Shown: positions 19,138 to 28,942 of the stretch, one piece after another
Layout of the letters: every line of letters starts with the position of its first letter
Numbering within the stretch: position 1 is the first letter of the stretch
NCBI GenBank assembly: GCA_030670545.1
Contig: DAOVBM010000002.1
Location: 4,258 to 68,257 of the forward strand
Length of the DNA stretch: 64,000 nucleotides
Source of the DNA: Candidatus Woesearchaeota archaeon
GTDB lineage: Archaea > Nanobdellota > Nanobdellia > Woesearchaeales > JAGLGH01
Reading direction: 5' to 3'
Notes under the pieces: generated by a model
The model's input: the letters and a program-made list of their open reading frames with translations, nothing else
What the model was told of the DNA's origin: nothing
Database searches by the model: none
Translations under genes and position numbers: made by a program

Positions 19138-19896
19138 ATGGTATTTGAAACACTACTTGACCCAATATTTTCACCATTATTGAAGCTTAACCCATTAGTA
19201 GGTATTGCTTTGATATCTTTCTTGATTTCTGTAGTAATTACTGTAATCTATAAGTATGTGACAGACCAGAATCTTATGAAGCGGCTCAAGGAAGAGATAA
19301 AAGCATTCCAGAAAGAGATGAAAGAACTTAAGGACCACCCTGAAAAAGTCATGAAAGTGCAGAAAAAGGTTATGGAAACAAATATGAAATACATGATGCA
19401 CTCCTTAAAGCCTACTCTTTTTACAATGATTCCAATAATTATGATATTCGGCTGGCTTAATGCGCACATGGCCTATCACCCCCTGGTTTCTGGACAGGAA
19501 TTTACAGCGACTGTATTTTTTGACTCGGGAACAACAGGGCAGATTGAACTGATAACTGGAGATGGATTGTGGATTGTTGGAGAATCTGTAAAGATTATTG
19601 AGGACGGTTCTGTTGTCTTCACACTTAAAGGTGAAGTAGGAGAATATCTCCTCGAGTTTAGGAAAGACAGCAAAAGCTATATAAAAGAAGTAATGATTAC
19701 AAACGAAAGGAAATACAGTAAAGTGGAAGAAATAATAAAGACAGACGGCATAAAGACAATCAAGCTCAGCAATCTTCCAGTAAAGCCTTTTGGCAGGTTT
19801 AACTTATTCGGATGGCACCCTGGCTGGCTTGGGACTTATATCATATTTTCTATTGTATTCAGCAGTCTGCTCAGGAAAGGAATGAAGATTTATTGA
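19138..19896 (+). CDS. DUF106 (EMC3/TMCO1/Oxa1-like) membrane insertase homolog with C-terminal beta-rich extension
   Basis: TM helix, then the coiled-coil KRLKEEIKAFQKEMKELKDHPEKVMKVQKKVMETNMKYM, then two further TM helices, as in the archaeal DUF106 fold. Starts 3 nt after the secY stop. An extra ~130-aa C-terminal domain is present. Confidence 0.55.
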   Translation: MVFETLLDPIFSPLLKLNPLVGIALISFLISVVITVIYKYVTDQNLMKRLKEEIKAFQKEMKELKDHPEKVMKVQKKVMETNMKYMMHSLKPTLFTMIPIIMIFGWLNAHMAYHPLVSGQEFTATVFFDSGTTGQIELITGDGLWIVGESVKIIEDGSVVFTLKGEVGEYLLEFRKDSKSYIKEVMITNERKYSKVEEIIKTDGIKTIKLSNLPVKPFGRFNLFGWHPGWLGTYIIFSIVFSSLLRKGMKIY

Positions 19897-19933
19897 CAAA
19901 ACATTTATTAACTCTTTATTCTTACAATAACAT

Positions 19934-21100
19934 ATGCTTGACTACAACTTCAGGAGATATACAGAGATTAATCTTATACTGGCTTTTGCTATATATCTTA
20001 TCTCTCCTATTCTTGGCCCTTATATAAAATCAATGGGCTATACTAACACACAGACAAGCCTGATTTTTGCTGTTCTTCCTCTCTCAATTATGCTGTCTGT
20101 CCCTATTCTTGGCAATCTGTCAGATAAGATAGGAAGAAAGAGCATAATATGCATAGCAATACTCGCTGAAATTATTGCATACACTCTTTATCTGTTTGAC
20201 AACTGCCTTGCGTGCATAATAATAGCAAGATTCCTTGGCGCTATTGCAGCAAGCATATTGCCGTTACTAACACTTGCAAAGATAGAGGACGGCATTAAAA
20301 AAGACAGGGGTTATCTTAGTGGCTTGTTCCTTAGCATAGGCCATATCGGAAGGCTTGTGTCTCCTGTAATTGGCGGTCTGCTTGCAGATCATTTCTTTAT
20401 GAAGTTCCCTTTCATAGTGTCAATAGCTATAATGGCTGCTCTTTTGCTATGCCTGCTGAAAGGAACCAAGTTCAAGCTAAAGAAGATCAAAAAAAGTGAT
20501 TTTAACATAGTATCTGATATCAAGACATTCCTTTCTTTCAGGGATTTAAGAGCAATGGCTGTTCTTGGCATATGCGCCCATGCTACAGTTCCAATAACAA
20601 CACTTTTTCTCCCCATTTTCATAATTGAAAATCTTAATTTATCAAACACTCATGTTGGGATTGCGCTTTTCCTTCTTGGGGTAACCCATCTTTTTCAGGG
20701 TCAGCTTGGGAGATGGGGGGAGAAGATAGGTAATGCTAAAGCTGTTGTGACCGGGCTTATAATGACAGGGGTCATCTTCTGCCTCATATACCTGACAAAT
20801 AGTTATCTGCCGCTAGTCATACTTCTTTTCATTCAGGGAATATGGGGGGCATTCTGGAATGTCTCTGCATGGACCCTTATGTCAGATATTGGGGAAAATG
20901 TGCATAAAGAAGGCCTGATAGTCACAAGTTATCTTTCAATAGCAAAAATGGGCGCATTGCTCAGCTATTTTGTGAGCGGAATCATCGTTGATATGTACTC
21001 TTTCCAGTTTCTCGCATTCCTGAATGGGATAATACTTATCGCTGCCTGCCTGATTTCACTTCTCATGTTTAGTGGGAAGTATCTTAGAAAGAATAATTAA
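19934..21100 (+). CDS. MFS transporter
   Basis: 12 predicted TM helices, motif A GNLSDKIGRK between TM2 and TM3. Confidence 0.75.
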   Translation: MLDYNFRRYTEINLILAFAIYLISPILGPYIKSMGYTNTQTSLIFAVLPLSIMLSVPILGNLSDKIGRKSIICIAILAEIIAYTLYLFDNCLACIIIARFLGAIAASILPLLTLAKIEDGIKKDRGYLSGLFLSIGHIGRLVSPVIGGLLADHFFMKFPFIVSIAIMAALLLCLLKGTKFKLKKIKKSDFNIVSDIKTFLSFRDLRAMAVLGICAHATVPITTLFLPIFIIENLNLSNTHVGIALFLLGVTHLFQGQLGRWGEKIGNAKAVVTGLIMTGVIFCLIYLTNSYLPLVILLFIQGIWGAFWNVSAWTLMSDIGENVHKEGLIVTSYLSIAKMGALLSYFVSGIIVDMYSFQFLAFLNGIILIAACLISLLMFSGKYLRKNN

Positions 21101-21127
21101 TCTAATCATGAATTCAAATAATGGGAT

Positions 21128-24100
21128 TTAGATCCTTTGCTTTTTTCTGACAATTACTAATCCAATCAGCACAGCAACAAGTCCTAATCCCAAAGTGATT
21201 ATTGAGAATTCTGGAATCTCAGCGCTTGTTATGGTAGCATTGTCAAAAGCAGTCAATGTTGAGAATCCTGTCTTGCTGCAGGTTACATTGTAATCCTTTA
21301 AGCCTTCTGTCACAAATGTCCTGTTGTAAGTGTATATTGCGCCTTCAGCCATTGGATAATTTCCGTCAGTGAAATAAATTGTGCATGTTGCTCCTGGTAT
21401 TGGTGAATCATCTGTCACATTCCTGTAATCTGCTGTGAAATGCACTTCCTGACCAACAAGCTTAGGATCATCTGCATCAATTGATAAATTAACATCTGCT
21501 TCTGCTGCATAACCAGAGAAAGATAATACATCAACAGTTAATGTTGTGCCTATACATTGAATGTTTGTGCATTGTGGAGCAAGGCACTGATTGTTTTCAG
21601 ATAAAAGAGTTGCTCGGTCATTTGCTGTTGCGCTATAAAACACATATGGGCTTGAACAATCAACATTATCAAATGTTAATGTTGCAGAGTTGTTTAACTC
21701 ACTGTATGCTACTGAATCCACTTTAACAAATTTGTCAGAAAAAATTGTTGCAGTATCAAAATCAATTGATTTTGCATTAAGATCAAGAGATGTTCCAGTC
21801 CAGTCAATCTTGCTTTGAGTGCCATTAACAACTAAGTCTTTGACTGTATAGTTGCTTATTGCATTTGTTGTTACTGTGTATGTTGATGAGGATATAGAAG
21901 GCGCTGTTCCATCTAATAAATCAAAATCACGATGGATATTGTAATCCAATAGTTCATTCATATCACCATATATCCAAACATCATACCTCACATCATCTGC
22001 AACACTGTTATCAAAGTTTGTTGAACCAAAATATCCATTGTAAACTCCTACAGAAACATAAGTCATACCTGATTTTGTATGTGAACCATAAGGATGTCCA
22101 TAATGGTTTGTAAGGTTAAGTTTAATCTCTGAGGGATTATAAAGAACTCCATCTCTTCTTATTGTAATCTGATACCAGATATCATCTCCAACATAATAAG
22201 TAGATGTTCCTGAAGGATACAAGAAATCTGTTTCAATGCTGAAATTATAACTTGCATCTGATCCTGAACAATCCTCGTCTATACCATTTCCAACAATATC
22301 ATAAGCCTCAGGATTAATATCTGCATTATTATCATTGCAGTCAGGAACAGTTGGATTGTCGCATTGAGTTAAGTTTGTGCCTTCTGTACCATAACCATCG
22401 CCATCATTGTCAACGCAGCCAGCTGCCCCTCCAGTATATTGTATTGTGATTCCGCTTAACTCAGGAGTGTTTGCTGAATTAGTTGTTCCTAAATCAATTG
22501 CAAAGTCTAATGTGCCTGCACTGAATCCATAAGACCATTGGCTTTCAGTTATTGCTTCTAAAGCTGTTTTAGACATTCCATTTGTTTGTAGATCATCAAG
22601 AGTTGATGTTGTCCATGCACTACCTGCCCAGTACTTCCAATTGATTCTGCCATCAAAGCTAACAAGATATTTAAGTGAAGTTCCTGAAGGTGTTGTTTCA
22701 GTTGTTGTAACTGATTTGATTGCAGGCCATGATGAAGTGTCTATCTGGGAGTTGTTTGAATAGATGTAGTATGGTTTGGATGTTGGGTAGGCAGAAGATA
22801 TTGATGTTAAAAATGTTTTTGTTTCTCCGCCAGTAAAACTAATTCCACTTCTTGAGTCCAATAAATTCCAAGTTGAATCATCATTTGATCCTTCAAGTGT
22901 CCAAACAGTAGGTTTATAACAACCACCTGCATCACAATAAGAAGAAGTACTCAATCTGTATTGAGAAATAATGTAATTGTTTCCGTTTCCAAAATCTATT
23001 GTAACATAGTAAGGAAATGGGGCATAATTTATAACTCCATCTACATAAGAAGATGTCGGACCAAATCCATCAAACATTTTCCATACAGGTGTTGTTCCGT
23101 AAAAACCATTTGGAGCATATCCTGTAACGACTTTAGGACTAGGCGTTGTTGATGAAGTCATATCATTCATTATCCATGATTCTGTTCCAGAATTATAAAA
23201 TTGTAACTCTGCTACTTGTCCCTGTTCATGCGATGGGGAACTAGAAGAATTAATTATTGTAATCTTAAAATATCTAAAAGAATATTCTTCAGTAAATAAT
23301 CTGATTATATTATCAACAAAAACAGTTCCATCTGTAGCATCTTCCTGTACCCAGGCACTTTCTGTATCAAAATCAATATCATATGTGCCAGTATCAGATA
23401 CATTAAAGTGAATATAATAATCATATGTTACATTACTTGTTGCTGTATCATTACACTTAATGTAATAATCATAATTACCGCCATTAGTTAATCCGATTAT
23501 TGTTGAACTATGTGAAGTTCCGCCTGTTGTTGAAAAGAATATCATTTGTGAAAAATCCAGTTCTAAACTTGTTGAATATTTGCAATTTGCATTAATGTTA
23601 GTTGAAACTCCTAATGTTGTATTTGTTGTTCCAAAAGCTAATTGTGAATTATTTGTTGGTTGCGGATTTGAGATTTCCAAAACAGGCTCTTCAATATACC
23701 TTATTATTACTATCCCTGAACCACCTGTACCTCCAAAGAAATTTGCAGATCCAGATGAACCTGCACCACCGCCACCCCCCCCTGTGTTTACAGTTCCTGC
23801 TATTCCATTACCATATGACACACCACCTGCACCTCCACCACCACTACCTCCAGAACCAGAAGTACAACTTACATGACAGCCACCACCACCACCACCAGCG
23901 TAATAAGTTCCAAAAACAGACAATCCTACACCACCATTTCCTGAAGCTACTCCACTTGCGCCAACTGCTCCTGCACCTCCACCGCCACCCCCACGATAAG
24001 TAGGACTACTTGTAGCAGCTCCGCCATTGTTCCCTTGCTCAGCTGTTTCTGATCCACCTGCACCAGTGTGGTAAACTCCTCCACCTCCAGAACCACCACT

Positions 24101-24529
24101 ACCGCCTGCAGCACTACTCCCTCCTGGACCTCCTCCTCTTCCACCACCTATAGCAATTTCATTATCAAACACAGAATTCAAACCATTACTTCCTGCACTT
24201 GCACTTCCGCCTGCCCCACCAGCACCTACAGTAACAATATTATTTCCAGGTGTTAGGGATTTTGTTTTATATATTAAGCCACCTGCGCCGCCTCCACCAC
24301 CAGAACCGCCTCCACCTCCACCACCAGCAACAACAAGAATTTCTACTTCTCCACCTGTGGATACAGCAAATGTGCCGGAATTTGTAAAAGTATGGACTGT
24401 ATAATCACCATCATATGTAATTGTTCCACCTGTTGCTGAGATTGCGCTCACTCCAACACTTCCAGCTATAACAAACACCGAACTAATTATTATAATCAAT
24501 AATATTCCATTAAAGTTATTCTTCATCAT
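21128..24529 (-). CDS. Large PEF-CTERM cell-surface protein with Gly-rich region and MopE-like acidic metal-binding motif (start taken at MMKNNFNG)
   Basis: Signal peptide. ~270-aa region of GGGGSGGGG-type runs. CVDNDGDGYG...DCNDNNADINPEAYDIVGNGIDEDCSG motif. C-terminus IPEFSIITLGLGLVAVLIGLVIVRKKQRI. Confidence 0.75.
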   Translation of the reverse strand: MMKNNFNGILLIIIISSVFVIAGSVGVSAISATGGTITYDGDYTVHTFTNSGTFAVSTGGEVEILVVAGGGGGGGSGGGGGAGGLIYKTKSLTPGNNIVTVGAGGAGGSASAGSNGLNSVFDNEIAIGGGRGGGPGGSSAAGGSGGSGGGGVYHTGAGGSETAEQGNNGGAATSSPTYRGGGGGGAGAVGASGVASGNGGVGLSVFGTYYAGGGGGGCHVSCTSGSGGSGGGGAGGVSYGNGIAGTVNTGGGGGGAGSSGSANFFGGTGGSGIVIIRYIEEPVLEISNPQPTNNSQLAFGTTNTTLGVSTNINANCKYSTSLELDFSQMIFFSTTGGTSHSSTIIGLTNGGNYDYYIKCNDTATSNVTYDYYIHFNVSDTGTYDIDFDTESAWVQEDATDGTVFVDNIIRLFTEEYSFRYFKITIINSSSSPSHEQGQVAELQFYNSGTESWIMNDMTSSTTPSPKVVTGYAPNGFYGTTPVWKMFDGFGPTSSYVDGVINYAPFPYYVTIDFGNGNNYIISQYRLSTSSYCDAGGCYKPTVWTLEGSNDDSTWNLLDSRSGISFTGGETKTFLTSISSAYPTSKPYYIYSNNSQIDTSSWPAIKSVTTTETTPSGTSLKYLVSFDGRINWKYWAGSAWTTSTLDDLQTNGMSKTALEAITESQWSYGFSAGTLDFAIDLGTTNSANTPELSGITIQYTGGAAGCVDNDGDGYGTEGTNLTQCDNPTVPDCNDNNADINPEAYDIVGNGIDEDCSGSDASYNFSIETDFLYPSGTSTYYVGDDIWYQITIRRDGVLYNPSEIKLNLTNHYGHPYGSHTKSGMTYVSVGVYNGYFGSTNFDNSVADDVRYDVWIYGDMNELLDYNIHRDFDLLDGTAPSISSSTYTVTTNAISNYTVKDLVVNGTQSKIDWTGTSLDLNAKSIDFDTATIFSDKFVKVDSVAYSELNNSATLTFDNVDCSSPYVFYSATANDRATLLSENNQCLAPQCTNIQCIGTTLTVDVLSFSGYAAEADVNLSIDADDPKLVGQEVHFTADYRNVTDDSPIPGATCTIYFTDGNYPMAEGAIYTYNRTFVTEGLKDYNVTCSKTGFSTLTAFDNATITSAEIPEFSIITLGLGLVAVLIGLVIVRKKQRI

Positions 24530-24888
24530 ATCCCTTGCCTCTTTATGATTATTGATAATCAATATATCATTAGTTATCAACAAGCCATTGCCCATTAGGT
24601 TAAACTTTACTCTATAATAAATAAACACCTATAAAAACGTTTCGAAAACTTCTCATCAAATAAACATTTGGGATCTATAATTATAGGATAAAACTAGCAA
24701 ATATATTATTTATAACCCAATAGCTCATCCACTGGACATCCCTCCTCCCATCTTGTCGATAGTACTAAGAAAAAGAGAATGAAATCCTAGTAAATTGAAG
24801 CTCATTAAAGGGATATAATCTTAAGTCCATTCAAAGGATTGATTAGATATAATTTGAATCAAAGAATATTTTGACGAATCATAAAAAT

Positions 24889-26136
24889 CTACTTAACCAA
24901 TTCATCAACTGTATATTTTTTTTCTTCACCAGAATCAAGATTTCTTACTTTTATCTTGCCTTCCTTGAGTTCATTCTCTCCTATAATGACTGCGTATTTC
25001 GCTCCGATTGAATCTGCATAGGACAGCTGCTTGCCAAGCTTCCTTCCCAACAGGTCCATATCAACACTATATTTTTGCCTCAGCTTTGCAGCGATCTTTG
25101 AAGCTTCTGCAACAACATCTGCGTTGACAGGAGCTATAAAATAGTCACACTTCTTACTTGGCTCTGGAAAGATACCTTTCTCTTTGAGAAGAAGGCTGAG
25201 TGTCGCAAATCCAATCCCGAATCCTGTAGCATGGGTTGCTTCGCCTCCAAATAACTGGACCATATTATCATATCTTCCTCCGCCTGCAATAGACCTTAAC
25301 TTGCTTTTCCTGCCAAATACTTCAAATACTGTTCCTGTATAATATGCCAGCCCCCTAACTGTAGAAAGGTCTATCTCAATAAATCTGGTATCAAGATTAT
25401 GAATTATCTGCGCAATCTCATTAAGCCCTTCTTTTGTGAGGTCATTCTTAGGCTCAATGCTTTCAAGATTCTCTATCAGAAGTATGTCAAATATAGTCTC
25501 TATCTGGTCATCGTCTATTCCAAGATCTCTTAGGTTAGCCTCTACTTCACCTCTTTGCAGTTTTGATACTTTATCAATCTCTGTGAATACTGCTTCAATC
25601 TTGTCCTTGTCTATAAAGTCCATTATAAGGCCCTGCAGCAGCTTTCGATTATTTATCCTGACCACAAAATCATTTTCTGTAAGCCCAAGATCTGTAAAAC
25701 ATTTTATAAGAAATGATATAATCTCAGAATCCGCCTGCGGCTTTGCTGAACCGAAAAGTTCTGCGCTGAATTGGTAGAATTCCCTGAGCCTTCCTTGCTG
25801 TGGCTGTTCATATCTCCACATCCTTGAGAGAGCAAACCATTTAACAGGCTTGGCAAGCATTTTCTGTTTTTCTATAAACATCCTCACAAGCGATGCAGTA
25901 AGCTCGAATCTTAGGCCAATCTCTTCCTTGCTCCTCTTCTCAAGCGTAAATATCTGCTTTTTTATCTCTTCTCCTGATTTGCATGTAAGCAGTTTCATTG
26001 ATTCAAGAGCAGGAGCTTCTACTTCTTTGAAATTGTATGATTCAGCAGTTTTCTTGAGCGAATCAAATATCTGGTTCCTTATACTCATATCTTCAGGGTA
26101 AAAATCAACTGTTCCTTTCACTTTTTTGAATGCCAT
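24889..26136 (-). CDS. hisS: Histidine--tRNA ligase
   Basis: Class II motifs, GGGRYDNMVQLFGG...ATGFGIGF signature of HisRS, C-terminal anticodon-binding domain. Confidence 0.9.
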   Translation of the reverse strand: MAFKKVKGTVDFYPEDMSIRNQIFDSLKKTAESYNFKEVEAPALESMKLLTCKSGEEIKKQIFTLEKRSKEEIGLRFELTASLVRMFIEKQKMLAKPVKWFALSRMWRYEQPQQGRLREFYQFSAELFGSAKPQADSEIISFLIKCFTDLGLTENDFVVRINNRKLLQGLIMDFIDKDKIEAVFTEIDKVSKLQRGEVEANLRDLGIDDDQIETIFDILLIENLESIEPKNDLTKEGLNEIAQIIHNLDTRFIEIDLSTVRGLAYYTGTVFEVFGRKSKLRSIAGGGRYDNMVQLFGGEATHATGFGIGFATLSLLLKEKGIFPEPSKKCDYFIAPVNADVVAEASKIAAKLRQKYSVDMDLLGRKLGKQLSYADSIGAKYAVIIGENELKEGKIKVRNLDSGEEKKYTVDELVK

Positions 26137-26224
26137 GCTCTTGGTTTATTGTTGTCCATTTAAATAATTTTCTAAAAACTTGGAATTAAAGAGTATAGGG
26201 GCAAAATTGGAAATGTTTGATAGT

Positions 26225-26526
26225 AAGTAAAAAGTCAGATGCAAAGGAGCACAAGCATCTTCAAATCTTGGGATAGGTTATTAGAAGGCTCTGCTCCCCC
26301 GCAACTGGTTACGCTCAGTTGACACGCAATGTGGAGCATGAAGCTCCACTACGCGGCAATTAGGTTTTATTGAAAGCCGCGATGTGTGACCTTGAGGTCA
26401 CACCACCTTTTATCAAATTTTGTTAAAATTTGAGGGACAACCCCCAGCGACGAGCAAGATAAGGAAAAGGATTAAGTTTTGACTGATGATGCTGGTGCTC
26501 CTTGAATAGCAGACTTTTTACTTACG
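26225..26526 (+). repeat. Family-1 long-hairpin MITE-like element, copy A (with ~130-bp nested insertion)
   Basis: Termini GTAAGTAAAAAGTC...GACTTTTTACTTAC are inverted. Inner arms GGAGCACAAGCATCTTCAAA...TGATGATGCTGGTGCTCC are inverted. The insertion sits between CCCCCG and GGGACAACCCC. Confidence 0.7.
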
Positions 26527-26567
26527 TTTGATAGAAAACCTTAAATATTGTTTCTCAATCCAGATTA

Positions 26568-28412
26568 ATGATGAAAAAAGTCTTTCTGATTTGGTGCCTT
26601 ATAGCAATATTATTAATAATCCCTGTATCGCTTGCAGAATATGGCAGCCTTAAGCTTCTTGCTGTCCAGGAGAAAGGAGGAAATCTCTCAGGCAGCCTTG
26701 CAGACTTGCATCTGGAGATAAATCCAGGAAACGGAAGGGTGTTTATGGATACTTTTCCCCTGACAAAACTTGACACCCAGGTATCGACAAGGTTTGCAAA
26801 AGAGATTGCATGCAATTATCTTGACATTAATTGCGATAAGTATGACTTTTTTTATACCATCAGATCAAATTCCCCTATAATTGCAGGTCCTAGCGCTGGC
26901 GCAGCCATAACAGTGCTTACTATAAGCCTTCTTGGAGATATTGATATCTCTGAAGATGTTGCAATAACCGGCACAATCAACTCTGGAGGGATAATAGGCC
27001 CTGTAGGAGCTCTGCAACAGAAGATAGAGGCAGCAAGCAGGGATGGAATAAGGAAAGTGCTTATTCCTGTAGGAGAAAGATACTCTGCAAAGGATATCAC
27101 AGGCCTTAACAATCTCTCAGCAATTATAGAAACAGGCGCAGATGAGAACATCACTGCAAAAGATATAATACAAGGCAGGAAAGGCATTGACCTTATTGAA
27201 TTAGGGGAAGAGCTTGGCATAGTAGTCAGGGAAGTGTCAGATATTGAAAATGTTCTTTTTGAGTTCACAGGAGTATCTTATGGAAAAGATATAGGGAATA
27301 TATCAATTGACCCTCATTACAGTCTGGTCATGAGCCAGCTTGCGATAGAGTTATGCAGGAGAAGCGGTGAGTTCATGGACAAGATAACATCAGATAGAAC
27401 AGTTTCCCACAGCTTTGAAGAGAGTTATGAGAATATATATCAGACTGCATTAAATTTTACAGGAAAAGGGGATAAAGCATTTGAGCAGGAAAGGTTCTAT
27501 TCATCTGCAAGCTATTGTTTTGGCGCAAATGTAAAATTAGGCCATATTACATTATGGATACAGAATGAATCTGATACGCAGCTTACAGAAAGGATAAATG
27601 CGATTGAGACAGAGATTGAGGCATTTAAGAAAAAAGAGTATAAGACAATAACAGACCTGCAGGCATATATGGTAGTAGAAGAAAGGATAACAGATGCAAA
27701 AGATTTTCTTGAAGCAAGCAAAAAGGAACTAGCTATGGGAAACAGAGATCAGGCATTGTATAGTATTGCTTATGCTATAGAAAGAAAATTCAGCGCTTAT
27801 GCATGGAGCACTTTCATAACCGGAAAAGGAAAAGCATTCAGGCTGAGTAATGAGGATATGCGCAAGTCATGCCAAAAAAAGCTAAGTGAAGCTGAAGAAA
27901 GATACCAGTATGTCGCATTATTCCTGCCAAGCTATCTCTCTAAGATTAGGAAAGGCATTGATGCAGCATATTTGGATTTCAGTAATAATAATTCTGAGGC
28001 ATGTCTCTTCAAGGCATCAAAAGCAAAAGCTGAGATCAATGTAATATTGAATGTATTTGGTGTTGAAAAAGAAAATTTTGATAACCTTATTGAAAGAAAA
28101 CTTGATATTGTGGAAAAGACTATCATTAAACAGACCAGGAAGGGAATCTTTCCAATAGTCGGGTTTAGTTATTATGAATACGCTAGTGATCTGAAAGATA
28201 TTGATCAGTTTTCTTCATTGCTTTATATCGAATATGCGCTTGAGATGAGCAATCTTGACATATATTTTCCTGAAAAGTATGAGATAACATTCACTGATCA
28301 GGATAAGAGTGAGATAGGAATCTTTCTTATAGGACTGGGAGCAGGACTTCTGATTGCTGTCATAATCATGATAAGAGCAAAGAGGAAGCCGATATCAAAA
28401 AAGAAAAAATAG
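26568..28412 (+). CDS. Exported Lon-like serine peptidase (S16 family proteolytic domain) with C-terminal TM anchor
   Basis: Signal peptide. The GPSAGAAITV...K (QQKIEAASRDGIRKVLIP) Ser-Lys dyad region resembles the Lon protease domain. C-terminal TM plus KKKK tail. Confidence 0.55.
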   Translation: MMKKVFLIWCLIAILLIIPVSLAEYGSLKLLAVQEKGGNLSGSLADLHLEINPGNGRVFMDTFPLTKLDTQVSTRFAKEIACNYLDINCDKYDFFYTIRSNSPIIAGPSAGAAITVLTISLLGDIDISEDVAITGTINSGGIIGPVGALQQKIEAASRDGIRKVLIPVGERYSAKDITGLNNLSAIIETGADENITAKDIIQGRKGIDLIELGEELGIVVREVSDIENVLFEFTGVSYGKDIGNISIDPHYSLVMSQLAIELCRRSGEFMDKITSDRTVSHSFEESYENIYQTALNFTGKGDKAFEQERFYSSASYCFGANVKLGHITLWIQNESDTQLTERINAIETEIEAFKKKEYKTITDLQAYMVVEERITDAKDFLEASKKELAMGNRDQALYSIAYAIERKFSAYAWSTFITGKGKAFRLSNEDMRKSCQKKLSEAEERYQYVALFLPSYLSKIRKGIDAAYLDFSNNNSEACLFKASKAKAEINVILNVFGVEKENFDNLIERKLDIVEKTIIKQTRKGIFPIVGFSYYEYASDLKDIDQFSSLLYIEYALEMSNLDIYFPEKYEITFTDQDKSEIGIFLIGLGAGLLIAVIIMIRAKRKPISKKKK

Positions 28413-28585
28413 TAAGTCAAAAGTCAAGTGTAACGGAGCACAAGCATCTTCAAAACTTAGGATGGGTTATTAGAAGGCTCTGCTCCCCCGTAAGGGACAA
28501 CCCCCAGCGACGAGCAGAATAATGAAAAGGATTAAGTTTTGACTGATGATGCTGGTGCTCTTTGAATAGCAGACTTTTTACTTAC
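28411..28585 (+). repeat. Family-1 hairpin element, copy B (overlaps the TAG stop of the protease gene)
   Basis: ~90% identical to the other copies. Begins at the stop codon TAGTAAGTC. Confidence 0.75.
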
Positions 28586-28942
28586 AAAAAATAGAATGAT
28601 TTTTGAATAGATAATAAACCCAAGGAAACAATTCAGCAAGCTGAACCGTCCCCTTGGGAAAAAGAGGTGATTATGTTTTCTTTTTGAGTTTATGAATTAA
28701 AAACTCCTGCAAACAGCAAAACTCCTGTGATTTGCATGAGGAAAAGAGAGTATAGATTATGAATTGCCTCTTTTTTTGAAAATTAGACAATTAACCTCTT
28801 TTTTGTTATTACTTGAGAATGGTATACTTATATTTAAATCTTTCTATTTTGATAGTATTTTTGAGTAGTTACAGTTGGGGCGGCGGAAATATTCCGGATT
28901 TGAGTACATAACAAATATAAATCTCCTGCTCTTCTACAGGTC

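Noticed and set aside
23580-24256. Pro-rich and His-rich plus-strand ORFs inside the 1166-aa surface protein gene
   Set aside because: They are artefacts of the reverse complement of the Gly-codon-rich region (GGN becomes NCC).
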